From positions 1 through 33,719 of the forward strand of contig JAQYER010000119.1 in the NCBI GenBank assembly GCA_028723545.1: a stretch of 33,719 nucleotides of DNA, written 5' to 3'. This DNA is from Bacillales bacterium (GTDB taxonomy: Bacteria > Bacillota_I > Bacilli_A > RFN20 > CAG-826). How positions within the stretch are numbered: the stretch's first letter is position 1; each line of letters opens with the position of its first letter. Both the position numbers and the translations under genes were made by a program. Shown piece by piece: positions 32,677 to 33,719 of the stretch. The notes below the pieces were generated by a model. That model worked only from the letters and a program-made list of their open reading frames with translations, had not been told where the DNA came from and did not search any database.

Positions 32677-32705
32677 TTGACTAAATTATAACTCAATGTT
32701 ATATT
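32677..32705 (+). promoter_or_regulatory. Promoter of the tRNA-Val-Tyr-Gln cluster
   Basis: TTGACT-17 nt-TATATT, 32 nt upstream of tRNA-Val. Confidence 0.5.
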
Positions 32706-32737
32706 TATTAAGCACGTTTTCAATAATGCGCATATTA

Positions 32738-32813
32738 GGAAGTTTAGCTCAGCTGGGAGAGCGCTACCCTTACAAGGTAGATGTCATAGGTTCGAGCCCT
32801 ATAACTTCCACCA
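32738..32813 (+). tRNA. tRNA-Val (anticodon UAC), CCA encoded
   Basis: Acceptor GGAAGTT/AACTTCC, anticodon stem CTACC/GGTAG and loop CTTACAA. Confidence 0.9.
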
Positions 32814-32833
32814 TTCTTGAAAAATGCTTACGT

Positions 32834-32917
32834 GGGTAGATAGCGAAGCGGCCAAACGCGGCTGACTGTAAATCAGCTCCTACGGGTTCGGTGGTTCAAA
32901 TCCACCTCTGCCCACCA
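32834..32917 (+). tRNA. tRNA-Tyr (anticodon GUA), long variable arm, CCA encoded
   Basis: Acceptor GGGTAGA/TCTGCCC, anticodon stem GCTGA/TCAGC and loop CTGTAAA. Confidence 0.9.
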
Positions 32918-32920
32918 CGT

Positions 32921-32996
32921 TGGGGTGTAGCCAAGCGGTAAGGCAACAGACTTTGACTCTGTCATCTCGCTGGTTCGATCCCAGCCACCCCAACCA
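32921..32996 (+). tRNA. tRNA-Gln (anticodon UUG), U1-A72, CCA encoded
   Basis: Acceptor TGGGGTG/CACCCCA, anticodon stem ACAGA/TCTGT and loop CTTTGAC. Confidence 0.9.
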
Positions 32997-33007
32997 TTAT
33001 AAAAATA

Positions 33008-33036
33008 GTGTCGACAAAATCGGCACTTTTTATTTT
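33008..33036 (+). terminator. tRNA cluster terminator
   Basis: GTGTCGA-CAAAA-TCGGCAC (7 bp, one G-U), followed by TTTTTATTTT. Confidence 0.6.
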
Positions 33037-33039
33037 GCA

Positions 33040-33076
33040 GGGGAAATAAAGGGGGAAATAAAGGGGAAAAATAAAA
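33040..33076 (+). repeat. Three tandem copies of the 11-14-nt unit GGGG(G)AAATAAA
   Basis: GGGGAAATAAA, GGGGGAAATAAA and GGGGAAAAATAAAA, directly after the tRNA cluster terminator. Confidence 0.75.
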
Positions 33077-33616
33077 AAGAGTGTATTTCTTGCATATGTC
33101 AAAATTTAACGCCTTGTAATACAAAAAATATTTCAAACAATAATTTCTTATATAAGAGCAATATGTGAAGAAAATTATTCTCCATTGTTCAAACACGTAA
33201 GATAAACAATATAAATGTCGAACAATATTTTAAGTATGTTTTAGAAAATATTCATTGTGAAAGTATTGATTCATTACTTCCGTATTCAAGTGAAATAAAG
33301 AAAAATATAGTAATAGTCCAATTCCACCTGGCGTCATTTGGCAGATAAATTCAAATATATGAAGAGATTTTTCTCTTTATTTATTTTTGGTGTAGTGTTA
33401 TTTTTGACGTATACTGTTTAATTCTTTTATTTAAATAATAAAATGATAATGCTTTTATTGAAAAATCATTGTTTGAAATAGCTCAAAAATCAAACATTAC
33501 AAGAAACAAGTAAAATATAAATCATTTTTAAATAAAAAAAGTTAAAAAAAGTATGGAAAAAAATGTAAGTATATGCAATAATCTAAAAGCACTTTGTTAG
33601 AAAGTGTAAAAAATAG

Positions 33617-33646
33617 TTGAAATTAGCACTTCAAAATAGCTAAAAT
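33617..33646 (+). promoter_or_regulatory. Candidate promoter of tRNA-Lys
   Basis: TTGAAA-18 nt-TAAAAT, 20 nt upstream of the tRNA. Confidence 0.4.
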
Positions 33647-33666
33647 TCAACTTGTATTAATGCCAT

Positions 33667-33719
33667 CTCCCGTTAGCTCAGTTGGCTAGAGCACTTGACT
33701 TTTAATCAAGGGGTCGAAC
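33667..33719 (+). tRNA. tRNA-Lys (anticodon UUU), 5' part only; truncated by the window end
   Basis: TA-GCTC-AGTTGGCTA-GAGC D-arm, anticodon stem CTTGA/TCAAG and loop CTTTTAA. Counting back from U8, position 1 is a C (CTCCCGT), which is unusual. The 3' strand is not visible. Confidence 0.8.

Noticed and set aside
32873-33196. ORFs 32873..33196 (-) and 32920..33168 (+)
   Set aside because: Both lie across tRNA-Tyr, tRNA-Gln, their terminator and the tandem repeat. They are artefacts of the GC-rich tRNA sequence staying open in frame.
1-33719. Mycoplasma-type genetic code (TGA = Trp)
   Set aside because: Several well-conserved genes end at TGA at the expected length, for example the NUDIX gene at 1576 and the islet cargo gene at 19119. 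All recognised proteins are full length under code 11.

Overview
This 33.7-kb window is a chromosomal segment from a very AT-rich Firmicutes/Mollicutes-like bacterium. Its gene content looks Acholeplasma- or Erysipelotrichia-like: Spx, a YlbF-like protein, RNase J, long-form HPF and an archaeal-type ProRS. TGA acts as a stop codon and the conserved genes are full length under code 11, so this is not a code-4 mycoplasma. Most of the window is densely packed housekeeping sequence: proS, plsC, coaD, rsmD, def, rnj, maf, spx, trpS, an rluD-like gene, hpf, metK behind a SAM riboswitch, pduL, mgtE, pgi and six tRNA genes. There is also a yefM-yoeB toxin-antitoxin pair with a recognisable TGTACA operator. 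The only clearly accessory segment is about 2.3 kb (17394-19762), inserted just downstream of tRNA-Ser(GGA). It is bounded by 44-nt direct repeats that duplicate the tRNA terminator and has repeated 12-24-nt motifs in both arms. It carries one intact gene (a Schlafen/AlbA_2 + HATPase_c_4 + wHTH protein) and one decayed DinB-like gene, but no integrase. I read it as an integrase-less, cis-mobilizable-type or decaying islet, and it is the best candidate here for something undescribed. Secondary observations are: three genes with identical TATAAT-N6-ATG geometry, suggesting leaderless mRNAs; a membrane-anchored degenerate GGDEF-EAL protein co-transcribed with proS and plsC; a Cys-less membrane-anchored PTS-EIIB-like protein; a translationally coupled HAD/unknown/membrane-protein operon; and a 0.63-kb non-coding spacer with G-run/AATAAA tandem repeats after the tRNA-Val-Tyr-Gln cluster. 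All protein calls rest on motifs I recognise by eye in the supplied translations. No database search was possible.
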